A DNA stretch of 64,000 nt, from the NCBI RefSeq assembly GCF_001194135.2, contig NC_068991.1, positions 53,124,570 to 53,188,569 on the forward strand, given 5' to 3'. Position numbers and translations under genes: made by a program. How positions within the stretch are numbered: position 1 is the stretch's first letter; each line of letters begins with the position of its first letter. The notes below the pieces were generated by a model. The model saw only the letters and a program-made list of their open reading frames with translations. It was not told the DNA's origin and did not search any database. This DNA is from Octopus bimaculoides. Lineage: Eukaryota. Of this stretch, positions 1 through 12,662 are shown one piece after another.

Positions 1-235
1 CAAACTCAACTGGACGTCATGTTCGATTTTCATCTTCAAAGCTGAAATCTCCACTTCTTGCAAACCATCTTCTGCAAGTTCTTTCATTCAAGCATTCTTT
101 CCCATAAACTGAGTATATGTTTCGAGTCACTTTGGCTGCAGAGTTTCCTTTTTTGTACTCATAAAGAATTATGTGCCTCAAATGCTCTTTGGATACTTCC
201 ATGTTAGAAATGGTTTTAATCAAAGAAATTCTAAT
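1..235 (-). mobile_element. Mariner transposase N-terminal relic in PP1 intron 3
   Basis: ORF 17..223 SKEHLRHIILYEYKKGNSAAKVTRNIYSVYGKECLNERTCRRWFARSGDFSFEDENR resembles the mariner (Mos1-type) HTH, including the WFxRF..GDFSLEDxxR segment. Confidence 0.85.
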
Positions 236-373
236 TCTATTATTCTGTAAAATAATATTTAATTAGTTTAAATGTACACAAGTGCATAAAAATAATTTTA
301 AATTCCATTAGACATTCTAAAATACTATTAAATTTCATTCAATTTTAAAAAAGGTAAAATCAGACAGAACTTA

Positions 374-658
<285 letters not shown>

Positions 659-1689
659 TTAGAAATATGTAAATGTTAGATATCACAATAGGTGAATAAC
701 AATTGTGTTGAATATATTAATAATGATATATTTCTAATTATGTAAACTTGGATAAATGTTAAAGAATAAGTTTGCCAAAACAAATCTATTGAGGCTGAAA
801 ACCAAAACCAGAAAGAATTTCTAAGGTTTTAGAAAAATGCAAAAGAAAAAAAAAAATTGAATCAAATTAGATATAAAAGTATAAATTTTGAGATTTATAT
901 TAAAAAACTTAATAAAAATAAAACTGACAAGAATTTCGGCTATTATCACCAGAAAAAGCATGACAGTTTGCCATGAAACAATTTCTTATATGAATCTCTA
1001 GGCAAAATTTAGTAAGACTAAGTTTAGTCTCACTAAATTTTGCATAGAGATTCATATGTAACCCAGAATAAACTATGAACAAAAGTCCCAATGCCCTTTG
1101 TGTGTAAAACAGAAACGGGTCAAGAAAAGATGTAGAGAGAGAGACTGAAATTAATAGTTGTCGTGGGAGGATCAGAAATACCAGTCACATCAAACTGGTT
1201 TTCTTTCTCCTTCAGGCTTTCTTTAATCTCTCTTGTCCATCATTCTCAGATGACAGTCTGGTGTACCTTATTTCTCTCTCTCTCTCACTGTATGTATATA
1301 TGTGTGTGTATGTGTATATATGTGTGTGTGTGAGTATTGGAATGCTGATATTATTAAATCACTGATTTAAAAATCATATTGTCAAAAAGTTAGCATGAGG
1401 CTTCAAATATCTTGGAAGATAGAAAATTTATTCATTCTTTATTTCACAATTTACATTTGTTTATATTTCTAATATATTCAGGTGTGTAATTTTTTATGTC
1501 TGAAGTGTGTGTGTGAGCAATTTAAAAATCAACAAGCTGATTAATAGTGTATAATACCTGAATATTTTAAAAAATTATAAACAAATCTAAATGTGAAACA
1601 ATGAAGGAATAAATGCCAAGGTATTTGAAAATGCAAGCTAACTCCTTGAAGATAAGATTTTTTGAATGAGGAATTTTTATCATGTATTT

Positions 1690-2310
1690 AAATCCCAGAC
1701 AACTGTTTGCATAATGATCATGGTCTAACCTCATTCCAAGATCTCAAAACAGTTGCTGGATATGTCAGTGCAAGATACTGGGAAGTTTGCCAGAGAAGAA
1801 ACCTCTTGGGAGATGATGTACAGAACCTTGAAATAAGTGGTAGTCATGCATTTTCCAAGCAAGAAGAGCTTCTTGCTATCGTTTTCTGTGCCTGACTAAG
1901 AAAGAGGTGATGAGCAGGGCCCAGTTTGGAACAAAATCTACAAATGCTGATATACATATGGAGAAAATTATCCAATAGATTGAGAACAATTAACATATCA
2001 TTGTTCATTTGATGGTAGATGAAAGAGGGTGGACTGCCAACTTACAAGTGTTACTAACCATTACATTATCTTACAAAGCTGGGCCACTACTGTGGAATCT
2101 TTCCCAACAGCAGAATGACTCAAACGTCAGTGAAAATTGGTAAGTCAAGAACTGTGTTATCACCCAACTAGAATCATCAGATTTGTGTTACTGGATGGTC
2201 ATCAGCAATTTGGAATGAAAGGGACTTCACAGGAATTTGTTTTATCAGTTGTTAAATAATCAATACCCACTACTCTTGAAGTGGTCCACTGATAGGTAAT
2301 TGAAGATTTG
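1690..2310 (+). mobile_element. Helitron Rep/helicase coding relic
   Basis: ORF 1707..1895 GLTSFQDLKTVAGYVSARYWEVCQRRNLLGDD resembles the Helitron GPTSFEDLRTVxG...TYxEACxxRGLLxDD segment. Downstream sequence is frameshifted. Confidence 0.6.
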
Positions 2311-2896
2311 CTACTGAAGAAAGTAGGTACTCAAGGATAGAGATACGGAGAGATCGGTAAAGTTAACAAAAATAAAAAAAGAGTGAGGAGGGATAGGTAA
2401 AAAAGAGAAAGATAGTAGTAAATAAAAAAAATATTGTATTGGGTATATAATAATATAAAAGAACAAGTGACTGATAAGTAGATGAAAATAGAATGTGAAG
2501 GAAAAGGGAGTGTATTGGCAAAGAAGTATCTCCCAGGTGGTAACAGAGAGAAATAACATCCAGGCATTATAGACGGATTCTGCTTATCTCTTGTAAAAGT
2601 TTTGAAATTATTACATTAACGTGAAGACACAACTAAGCAGACTATTTATTTAGCTATCCTGATGAGCTTTGGATAGTACATGAGAAGATGTGCCCTGTTT
2701 CAATTTTTTTTTATTATTGGAGAATACTCAGAGAATATTTGAGAGATGTAAACACTAGATAGTATTTTGTACAATTTTAATATGCTAAAGATGCCAAAAA
2801 TAGTTTGTTAAAATTGCTTTAACATGACATGTCTATTGCATTCCATTCATACATAAAATAAAATTATGCTTTATCATAATCGTTATGTCTTAATCT

Positions 2897-3112
2897 TTAA
2901 CACTTAAGCATTTAAACTGGCCACATCCAGCCCAAATACTCTATTTTAAGTTCAAACCAGTCAGATTTGGCCCTTCCCACCTAAGCCATTCTAAAAATAA
3001 GCAATCACATCATTGAAATTTCAAAGCTACAAAATAATGTATGATTAATTCGAATCAATGTGAATAAATGAGCAGTAGATTTGACAGAATAATCTGAATG
3101 CTAAGGGGTTAA
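2897..3112 (+). mobile_element. piggyBac-type MITE (TTAA-flanked), copy 1
   Basis: ttaa-cacttaagcattt...gaatgctaagggg-ttaa. Homologous to 5228-5437, 33557-33765 and 53287-53477. Confidence 0.65.
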
Positions 3113-3299
3113 ATATGTTTTAAGAAAGAATACAAATATAACCACAACATATCTAATAACAAATTAGCAACTTAACCATCCAAAGAGAAACTGAAAACCA
3201 TGCATGATGTCATCAACAATTGAAAATGTTAAGTTAATTAACCGAGTTCTCTAAGACCACTTTTAATGAGATAACTGCAAGATAAATTATAAGCTGAGA

Positions 3300-4200
3300 G
3301 CAAATTGTTCTACTAGGCTGATCTGGAGAAAGCTGTTCATAGGGTCCCTAACTCAAGAAACTAGGTGTAGAAAGTTCTGCAAGGTCAGAATTGGTAACAA
3401 GTTCAGGAAGGAATTTAATCTGCCAAGGGTCAGAAAACTTCCGTCTTCTCAGATTCATTATAGTCCTTGATAATTCTTACATTCTGATGATCTAACAGTT
3501 GAATCTGAAGAACTGTTCCAGACCTAAACTAATGGTCTACAGTTCAAAGATCAATATAATACAGACTAAAGTGTTCACTGATAACAGAGAATATAAATTC
3601 CAGGTTTATTTGGGAAACAGCCTTGCTTTCCATTGTAGAAAGGGAATAGGCAAGTAGTCAATTTACTGTGTACTCAGAGCAAACAATGCAATGAAATCTT
3701 TGGCACACCGTCAAAGAACCAATTCTTTGGATGTGTTAGATATACAGGTGGAGTTAATAATAAGGGCACCAATGAAATGAAGTCTATGAACTGCTCAGAC
3801 AACTCACTAGACATAACTAATAATTATCATTACCAAGAAGTCAATTAGTGTTGGCTATAGTATAGTATCTAAGGGAATGAATGGGTGGGAGAATTTCAGA
3901 ATATTGCCTTTGTTATAAACAAAGGGCTTCCCTTTGTACAAAAGGCTAACTTGTATGAATCATATGTAAGATGTGTGTATGAAAGACAAAGTACAAGTGG
4001 ATTGAGAGAGCAGCTGAGTTTTAAAGCTGTTAGTTGCTGTATGTAGAAGAAATGACTACAATGGTTTGAATACATAATGTATAGAAAAGGAAGCCAAGGG
4101 AGAAAGATGTAAAATCAGATCTCAGGATACTGGAACTCAGAGAGGAGTTGACAAAAGCTGAAGTGGTATTATGTAGTATGCAAAATCTATCCCACCTATC
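3300..4200 (+). mobile_element. Decayed RTE-clade LINE RT / 3' region
   Basis: Fragments resembling RTE RT and C-terminal coding sequence also seen at 26700-26960; many stops and frameshifts. Confidence 0.45.
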
Positions 4201-4239
4201 GAAGAACATCATCATCATCATCATCAACATATGCATACA

Positions 4240-4530
4240 AACACTTCAGTCCACAAACATCTGCAGAAGTACCAGACCTGGGACTTTAATGTATCCATTG
4301 GGGCCACAGAACATAACACAAGTAACTTTCGAATAAAAGAGACCATCCCAATTGTCAAGCTGAAATCAACATAATGCAGCAGACAAGAACACAAAATAGA
4401 CCGACTACTGTAACACCACCAATCTGCATATGTTACTACTTTCTCCAAAATATCCAAGCAACAATACCTTTATTCCATCTACCATTTTACTATGTGTCCT
4501 GATGAAGGGGTCCTAACCCCAAAATATTAA
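4240..4530 (+). mobile_element. Penelope-like element 3' fragment: GIY-YIG C-terminus plus decayed hammerhead-like motif
   Basis: Reads HKHLQKYQTWDFNVSIGATEHNTSNFRIKETIPIVKLKST*, like the PLE endonuclease tail (RxIKExIxIxxLKPxLN). Followed at 4499 by CTGATGA-A-GGGG-tcctaa-CCCC-aAAAtatt. Confidence 0.55.
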
Positions 4531-5227
4531 AATACAAAGTAAAACTTCAGTAAGTTGTTCAGTCTTCACTTTTGTGTTTCATTTCATATTGCTTAAGCCT
4601 TAACAGGTCTTTATCACACAATGCTTTGCCCCCACCACTCTATTACAATTATTTCAATTATTTTGCAATCAGGTCAAGGTAAGATTTATATTGAAATTGA
4701 TCAAACCTTATTTGGATTTATTTTTTACTGATTTGAAATAATCTTTTCTACTATATTTTATGAAATACTGTTATAAATATAAAATCTAAAAACTCTAAAT
4801 GTTTCTTTCTTAAACCAACAAAATCAACAGGGTTTTCAACAAGGAAGCCTGTACATGATCAATCAACCTGCTAGAAATAGCAGTATATTTTCCTCCAAAT
4901 AGGAACTCTATTCTGTTTTTAAATAAAAGACGGATATATAGAAAATGTCGGTGCTAAAGACGCTGGTTTATAGTAACAAAGTATGGTAGTGGCTGGAATA
5001 TCTCTGATGATTGTTCTGTTTAAATAGGTGAACCTTGTAGTGAAAAAAACAACTGAGTTCCTAGTAATATACCAACAACTGTTCAAGTTTATATGAAATA
5101 GAAGAATATAAACAAACTAGTAGTGATCTGCAATGGCATACAATAAACAGAAAAAGTACATGAAGTGGAATAATTTATTTTGTGAGGAAGAAGTCTAACA
5201 TTCTGAGTAGAATCATTTCATTTCTGT

Positions 5228-5437
5228 TTAACTCTTTAGAATTCAGATTACTCTACCAAATATAATACTTGCTTGCTTATTCACAGTTTTTAATTAATCA
5301 TGCATTATCTCATAGCTTTGTGACAGTTTATTTTTAGAATGACATTGTAGGGTAGGTTTGAGAGGCTAAATCTGGTCAGTTTGAACATAAAACAGGTAGA
5401 ATATCTGGATAAGGCCAGTTTAAATACTAAAGGATAA
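5228..5437 (-). mobile_element. piggyBac-type MITE, copy 2
   Basis: ttaactctttagaattcaga...gtttaaatactaaaggataa is the reverse complement of the family ends. Confidence 0.6.
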
Positions 5438-5606
5438 TGGAAAGGAGGTCTGCTCAAAAGAGCAAACTTCTTTTCCTTCAAGTTAATGATTTCACTTAGA
5501 TTAAATTAAAATGTAAACTATTAAGTATTAATAACTAGCAAAACTAAACAGCTGTAATGTTAGGATGTGAAATTATTTAACAAAAAGGACACAATGCTAA
5601 TATATA

Positions 5607-5783
5607 GGTGCAGGTGTGGCTGTGTGGTAAGAAGTTTGCTTCCCAAACATAAGCTTCTGGGTTCAGTTTCAAGGTGTAGCAACTTGGGCAAATGTCTTCT
5701 ACTATCACCTCTAGCCGATCAAAGCCTTGTGAGTGGACAGGACTGACAGAAACTGAAAGAAGCTTGCTGTATGTATGCATGTA

Positions 5784-5841
<58 letters not shown>

Positions 5842-6090
5842 TACACACTCGTTTCTTTGAGTCAGTGTTTGTCCCCCAACACTGCTTGACAACTGGTGTT
5901 GGTGTGTTTACATCCCTGTAACTTAGCAGTTCAGGAAAAGAGACCAGTAGAATATGTATAAGTACCAGGCTTCAAAAAAAACAAAAAACAAAAAAAAAGG
6001 ACTGGGTTTGATTCATCTGACTAAGAATTCTCCATGATGGTGTCCCAGAATGGCCACAGTCTAATGACTGAAACAAATAAAAGACAAAAA
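5607..6090 (+). mobile_element. tRNA-derived SINE family A, near full length, with internal (TA)n/(CA)n
   Basis: Head gtggctgtgtggtaagaagtttgcttccc...gggttcagtt (A/B-box-like) and tail ...gactgaaacaaataaaaga. Many homologues in the window. Confidence 0.85.
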
Positions 6091-6108
6091 AATATTGAAA
6101 TAACTTAC

Positions 6109-6240
6109 CACAAATCTTTAAAGGGGCTTCCAGTTCTAATAAAATAGGCTGACTAAGAAATATTTCCCTGGACTTTAAACAAAGACCACGAACTTCTGCC
6201 TCTGTCATCTGAACTATCTTCCCAGGTCGACATCCTCGAA
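6109..6240 (-). CDS. PPP1CB: PP1 beta-type, coding exon 2 ([44 protein letters not shown] + G), 132 nt
   Basis: Acceptor ttttgacag| and donor |gtaagt. [20 protein letters not shown] is diagnostic of the beta isoform rather than alpha/gamma. Confidence 0.96.
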
Positions 6241-7299
6241 CTGTCAAAATATTAAACAACATCTCTTACTCAATACAGAAATTAAATGCAGAAATAACAC
6301 TTTTTTCGTAAATCCAAATTTAATCATTTGTAAATTAAATCATGTCTCAACAACTATTGCAATAAGAAGGCATGTTATATTTACCTTTGCATAGGAAAAC
6401 ATTGTACAATGCAATCAATACAAAATAATATACATTAGAAAAAACCAGCACTACTTACAGTGTATGCTTAAATGTTTGCACATATTTTAGTGAGTTGGAC
6501 ACAAAATTTCCTCTTAAAAAAATTGTAGCATATACCACAGAAAGATACATTAATATGCAACATGCGAATAAATTTTCAAAATGAACAGGAGAAATATGTT
6601 AACACACAGGTTCTAAAAAGTTTTAGCACATTGACAACAAACACATATGTCAATGAGCTAAAACAAAGATATACAAAAATGTGAAAGCATGTGAGGTAGT
6701 CATAAAAAAAACTATATATATGTGACACATACATATGCATTTATATATATGTATATGCATGCATATATTCATACATATAGGAACAGTCATCATCATCCCC
6801 ATCATTGTAATGTCTACTTTTCCATGTTCACATGGGTCAAATGAAATTCACTGAAGCAGATTTTTAATGACCAGATGCCTTTCCTGTTGCCAACTCCCAT
6901 GCCTTAAAGTAAGGTAATATTTCCTCTATGGCCAGATATGTTTCCATGCAAGATTGGAAATGAAAGACATCACTTGTAGGATGGTAAGGCTCACAACTAC
7001 CATACATTGTGAAGGTATGCGCTCTAGAGGTTGGAGTGTTGTACGCACAACCACCAGGTCATGAGTGTTGTGTTCTCTGAGCAAAACACTTCATTTCACA
7101 TTGCTCTAGTGTATAGAGACTGACATGACAAGAATAGATCCAATGCTTCCTCTGCATGTTGTAAAAGGCAACTAAAAGAGGTTGAGGTAGGATGTGCACT
7201 TCGACCTCGTAAAACCCTCACCAGATATATGACCCAAACAGATCTGGGTGTCACCTGAGTGGTGCAAAGGTGTCATCTTTGACTTATTTAAATCCTTTC

Positions 7300-8650
7300 T
7301 ACTTATGGAAATCTTGTAAAATTTGGTCACATTTTTCCAAACACCATTTAAAATAGTGTTTCATTTCATTCAGAAGCCTCTAACAATAGGTTTATTCTCT
7401 GTCAACTGATTTCATAAGTTGTTTGAAATTTCTTCCCAGACAATAGTTGGAGCAAAGAAGTTGTACTCTTAGGGAAAAATTCTACTCTCACATTATTAGA
7501 AAGCTCATTTAAGTTCACTGGGTGGCTTGGTGTATTATCTGAAAGGAGAAGTGCTTTGGTGGAAAGATTATGTCTGGTATTGCACCTTTCTAAAGCAATA
7601 GAAATAAAAATGTTTGTAAATCACTCTTCAAAAAAGCTCTGTCATCCATATCTTTTTATTCGAATGCTAAATCAGATACATTAAACTTCATGTAACCCTT
7701 GAAAGCCCTTGGATTTTCAAACTGATGAGTAGGGACTTTAATTTCATATCTCTGGTTGTATTTTCTCCCAGATGATGATTTTTGGAAGTTTCAAATCCTG
7801 GTATTGAGTTTTCTTCTCAAGAAATAAGTTCTAGAAGGTATGTTTCCAAGAAGTACAGTTTCATCAACATTGTATACTTGCTCTGATGTACAGTTGCCTT
7901 CAACAATCATTTTCTTCAGCTGTTCAGGTAATTAGTTGCAGCCTCGCACTGATAGCTCCATTGATTTTATTGTTGTATAAATTGAAGTGCTTTTTAAATA
8001 TTTCAAATCAGTTTTTACTAGCAAAAAGAGATTTTCATTAGATGTTTCACCTTCCTTTTCCTGCAAATCATTATATAAAATTTGGCTTTTGCTTTTCTTT
8101 GAATTTCTATTGTGCTTATCAGCACATTATGTCAATTCTGATCCTTGATCCATGCACTGAAGGACTTGTTCCATATTAAGCATCACATCAGATCTCAGGA
8201 AAGATAAAGTATGAGTAGTAAAATGAGTAGCATTTCATTTTCTCTCTATTGTCATGTATTATTTCTACTGCAGACATTGCAAGCTTCTGTTTTAGCAATG
8301 TGGCTGATTTTATTCTCTTGCTTCAAGCCTTTTCAAAAATTAGAGTAATCTCTTTAACTTCTTTTTCACATTACTGCCTACAGTTTAATTTGATGGCTTC
8401 TATCCAGATATATTGAACTGTGAGTAAATCCAACAGTGATCAACAATTATACACAACAAATATTTAAATAAAATAAAAATAGCACCAAGAAATACTGTTG
8501 TCATATTCCTAAAGATATAAAAATGGAAACAAGAAGATGTAAAGAATGAAAAGTGGAGGAGGAAGTACTGCATGATTACAGTTCGTTGAAGGTTCACCAG
8601 GTTAATGGGTACTACACCCTTGCACTCCTAAAGCCATAACAACACACTCT
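7300..8650 (-). mobile_element. pogo/Tigger-like DDE transposase relic
   Basis: Minus-strand fragments LKKMIVEGNCTSEQVYNVDET, DMKLKSLL..ENPRAFKGYMK and HSNKKIWMTELF match Tigger DDE_1 motifs (YNxDET, KLKPL, SNKKAWMT). Confidence 0.75.
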
Positions 8651-9037
8651 ACTCATACATACACACACATTGTGTTGACATACAACATATGTAGCTGCAG
8701 ACACTGCTGATACAGTTATATTTAACACTGTTGTAGTCAGTTGGTTATTCAAAAGTTGGTGGTGGTGATTGTATTGGCTTAATTGTTGGTGATGGTGGGG
8801 GAGTATTGTTTTGTGGTGGCAGCACTCATATTGTGCTAGTTAATTGTATTGTTGTTGCTCTTTAGACTCAAGTCAATCCTCATTAGCTAAGATGAAAGAC
8901 ATTTCATTCAATTCTGAAATACAATAAGGTACTACATTATCTTAATTATTGTAGATTGAATTGCTTGTTCATAGTATTGTTGGTGAGTTGGTATTGGAGG
9001 AGGCTGAAATGGTGTTGATGTTGGTGTTGATGTTGAT

Positions 9038-9075
<38 letters not shown>

Positions 9076-9131
9076 TCATTGTGACCCAAAAAATATCCAG
9101 AAGAACATACACATTCAGTGAAAATTTCACC

Positions 9132-9210
<79 letters not shown>
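9038..9210. repeat. Long (TA)n tracts, representative of many in the window (e.g. 5787, 15238, 29571, 41190, 61222)
   Basis: Directly visible; these produce the spurious IYIYIY ORFs. Confidence 0.95.
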
Positions 9211-9213
<3 letters not shown>

Positions 9214-10271
9214 CTGCAAACATACAAATATTCATATATACCATCATCATTAAATAATAATGGTCATATATATCGTAATTATAATTTTTCAAATTGTTAA
9301 TTATACTGTGATTTTAGCTAAAATGCTGAGAAGTGGTATTTGTCTAAGATGTGTACTTTTTAAATTGTTTAAATTTAGCCAAGTTTCTGTTAGGGGGTCA
9401 TATTATGTACACATGAAATTACATAACTTGAGGTAACTGTACATGAGGGGTGTGTGCAAGTGTGTATAAACATATTTGAAGTCCATCCTGGCATGGGCTG
9501 GATGATATGACAGGAAACAACAGGTTCAAGGACTAAATTGTTCTGCACTGTCTATAAGGAAAGTAATAGATGGGTAGAGATGGGTAGAGATGGGTATAGA
9601 GATGAATGGAGAAAATGAACACAGGCAGAGGTGTGGTCAATTGTGAATATCAGTTGTTGTGAGGAAGAATGAAGTACAAGCAGTTCAGATGATGTGAAGT
9701 TAGTGGGAATGAGGTGTGAGAGATGCAGTGCCAGGGATGAGGTCAGATTTACATAGGGGTGGAAATAGATGAATAGAGGGAGTGGGAGAGGAAATTGTTC
9801 CCAAAATAAGATGACGTACAAGAGAAAAGGGAATGTGAAAGGGGCATTCAGTGGAAAATAAAAGTTGTAAGGGATGATAATGAAAATGTGAAACAAATAA
9901 GTGGTTCCGGGAAGAGTGAGCTGTAGTGAGGTGTTGGTAGAAAATGTGCAGTTCTGCTCTCAAAATTACAGCAGCTGAATGAATAGTGTCATAGTCAGAA
10001 AAATGATGGAGGGGTGAGTGTTAGGAAGATGAGTAGTGGAGAAGAGATACATCAGGGACAGAAGCATAGGCATAATATGCTTTTAAGGCCTCATTTTATT
10101 TTTGCTTAGATAGACAGGGACTCTTTGAGCAGAGTAAGTTGCCAATCATCTCAATTCTTTATCATCCTCTCTGTGAGACTCAACATCTAGACGTCATTCT
10201 TTGTCCCAGTTCTTCCTCTTCCAAACCACGAAAGCAACAGCCTTGTGTACAACTCTATACAAAGACATGCA

Positions 10272-10925
10272 TATATAAGGTTGGACAATTGTCATGCTGA
10301 TGACGCTTATTGAGGAACAAACATGCCCACATCTGTCCCCTTATCTCCAGACAGTAAGCCTGACCTTTTCCTTAATAGCATGTTAACTTTGGAGATTTGT
10401 TGAGTCTTGGGATTATCTCTTCTCTTGTAGAGGAGGTTTAAATTACCATTTAATAATTAGCACATCCTCTAGAGGTGAAGATAATTTTAATAAATCAAGA
10501 AAATATGTTGTATGGTATTTGATATACTTGTATACATGTATATTGTTCAGATGCATGCCACTGGCCGTCTGAGTTATTTCAGTTATCTAATTTTATTTAA
10601 ATTATGTAAATTACTTAGGCCATATATATGTTCTACTCTTTTCGTATATGTTTAAGTCCCTTCACTATTGGTAATAAGAGTGGACAATGGTCATTCTGGT
10701 GATGCTTATTAAGGCAGAAACAGGTATGCATAATCGTCCTTTTATCTCCAGATAATAAGCCTGTCCTTTTCCGTAATGGAATGTTAACTTCACAGAATTC
10801 TTGATTCTTGAAATTATCTCTCCTCATATGGAGGTTGTCATAATTGTCATTTGGTGACAAATTCTCTAGAGGCAGAGATAATTTTAATAAATCATGAATT
10901 CATGTTGTATGGTGTTTGATATGTA
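10272..10925 (+). repeat. Diverged tandem dimer, period 399 bp, with a hammerhead-like core in each unit
   Basis: 10272-10530 aligns with 10672-10925. CTGATGA at 10297; CTGGTGA-TGC-ttattaag-GCA-GAAAC at 10696. Confidence 0.7.
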
Positions 10926-11015
10926 TGTGTGTGTGTGTGTGTGTGTGTATATATTTTTATATATATATATATAGCACTCTCTCTCTCTCTTTACAAACAC
11001 ACACAGATATCTCCT

Positions 11016-11175
11016 TTTATCTTTTACTTGTTTCAGTCATTAGACTGCAGCCATTCTGGGGCGCCGCCTTGAATTTTTAGTCAAATGAAATGACCCAAGC
11101 ACGTTTTACATTTTTTTTTTTCCTATCGGTTTCTTATGCCAAGCCACTATGTTACGGGGACACATACACAAACAA
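11016..11175 (-). mobile_element. SINE family A, 3' part
   Basis: cttttacttgtttcagtcattagactgcagcc... is the reverse complement of the family tail. Confidence 0.7.
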
Positions 11176-11476
11176 GTGCCAAGACACATGACAGTGCTCT
11201 GGGATGTATCATCAATCTAGGTGGTTTTGGTTCTTTCAGCATCAGAACACTTCGTCCAGTTGACTCAGCCTGAACTGTTCAAGTTTCAGCTTGCATCCCA
11301 GCAGCAGGTAAATAACACACACACATAGGTTTGGTGACGCAAACAAGAATATAAAACACAAAACGTGAGTATATATTTTTGTTATTTTTTATTTATAATC
11401 GGTAAAAGTTAGAGCGACTCAAGGGCCGAGATTTTCGTACACTAAGTGTCAATGCACGAAGCTCTCGGGGAAAGAC

Positions 11477-11844
11477 TTCCTTTTGTACCCCACCAATTTT
11501 TTTTTTTAAATATTAGGCATGGTGGAAAATTTATTTCCTACCATGTCATAATAATAATGACGATGAGTCATAAAAATTAGGAATTTCTATTAAAAAAAAC
11601 TTCACTTCTGTATTATGTATATTCACGTCCCAAGGTTAGGCAAATTTCAGTGTTAGGCAATATAGGCCTTAACGTTAGGCGAATTGGGATATGAATACAT
11701 AATACAGAAATTAAATTTTTTTAATAGAAATTCTTAATTTTTATGACTTTCTCATCATTATTATTATTATAATACATAGGAAATCAATTTTCCACCATGT
11801 CTAATATTTAAAAAACAAATTTTATGAGTGGGTACAAAAGGGAA
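11477..11844. mobile_element. Foldback / MITE-like inverted repeat (arms about 157 bp, 50-bp spacer containing three TTAGGC)
   Basis: 11477-11633 is an imperfect reverse complement of 11684-11844. Confidence 0.75.
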
Positions 11845-12254
11845 CACACATACCTATTGCGTAGATATACCAATATAATATATAAACTCTACACGCACAT
11901 CTATTGAAGGATTTGGAATTGAACGTCAGTAATATAAAAAAAATATCAAACTGCTTATACTTCTGTTACTATTAGGTGTTAACACTTTTTGATTGAATAC
12001 ATATATTTATATATCAGTAAATGGGTGTGTGTGTGTGTGTGTATACAAATTACACAAACGCATACATTTTTATATGTACTGTTAGTTTTATACATAGCGA
12101 TAACTTGACAGATAGGGCCTGCCAACAGTTAGACAAATAGTTGTATAAACTAAAGAAAAGAACATTCAACACGTCTCGTAAAGTTAATATTTGTTTGTAA
12201 TTAATAGGCTGACCACGAATCATAGTTTTATATATATATATATATATATAGTTT

Positions 12255-12461
12255 TAGGGAAAAGAACCAAGGTTCATGAACTCATCGATGAAAATCCACT
12301 GTCACATATAGAAAAATTAATAATTAAAAGCACAATCTTTATCTTATGATATTTACTTTGTATTATATTATACTCATTTATTGTGCTTTTAATTATCAAT
12401 TTTTCTATATGTGACAGTGAATTTTCATCGATGAGTTCATGAACCTTGGTTCTTTTCCCTA
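12255..12461. repeat. Inverted repeat with 82-bp arms (2 mismatches) and a 43-bp spacer, between (TA)n and a gap
   Basis: tagggaaaagaaccaaggttcatgaactcatcgatg...gcacaat / attgtgc...cttggttcttttcccta. Confidence 0.85.
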
Positions 12462-12623
12462 NNNNNNNNNNNNNNNNNNNNNNNNNNNNNNNNNNNNNNN
12501 NNNNNNNNNNNNNNNNNNNNNNNNNNNNNNNNNNNNNNNNNNNNNNNNNNNNNNNNNNNNNNNNNNNNNNNNNNNNNNNNNNNNNNNNNNNNNNNNNNNN
12601 NNNNNNNNNNNNNNNNNNNNNNN

Positions 12624-12662
<39 letters not shown>

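Noticed and set aside
2659-2690. CTGATGA-GC...ACATG possible hammerhead
   Set aside because: GAAA is missing, so it is too degenerate to call. The same applies to isolated CTGATGA at about 3484, 5005 and 46211.
9550-10075. Strongly purine-skewed stretch with ORFs on the minus strand
   Set aside because: Low-complexity F/L/S/P-rich translations; probably a decayed retroelement, but no motif can be assigned.
11236-11310. Plus-strand mini-exon candidate (tttcag|...cagcag|gtaaat) antisense within PP1 intron 1
   Set aside because: Short, no partner exons, and expected by chance.
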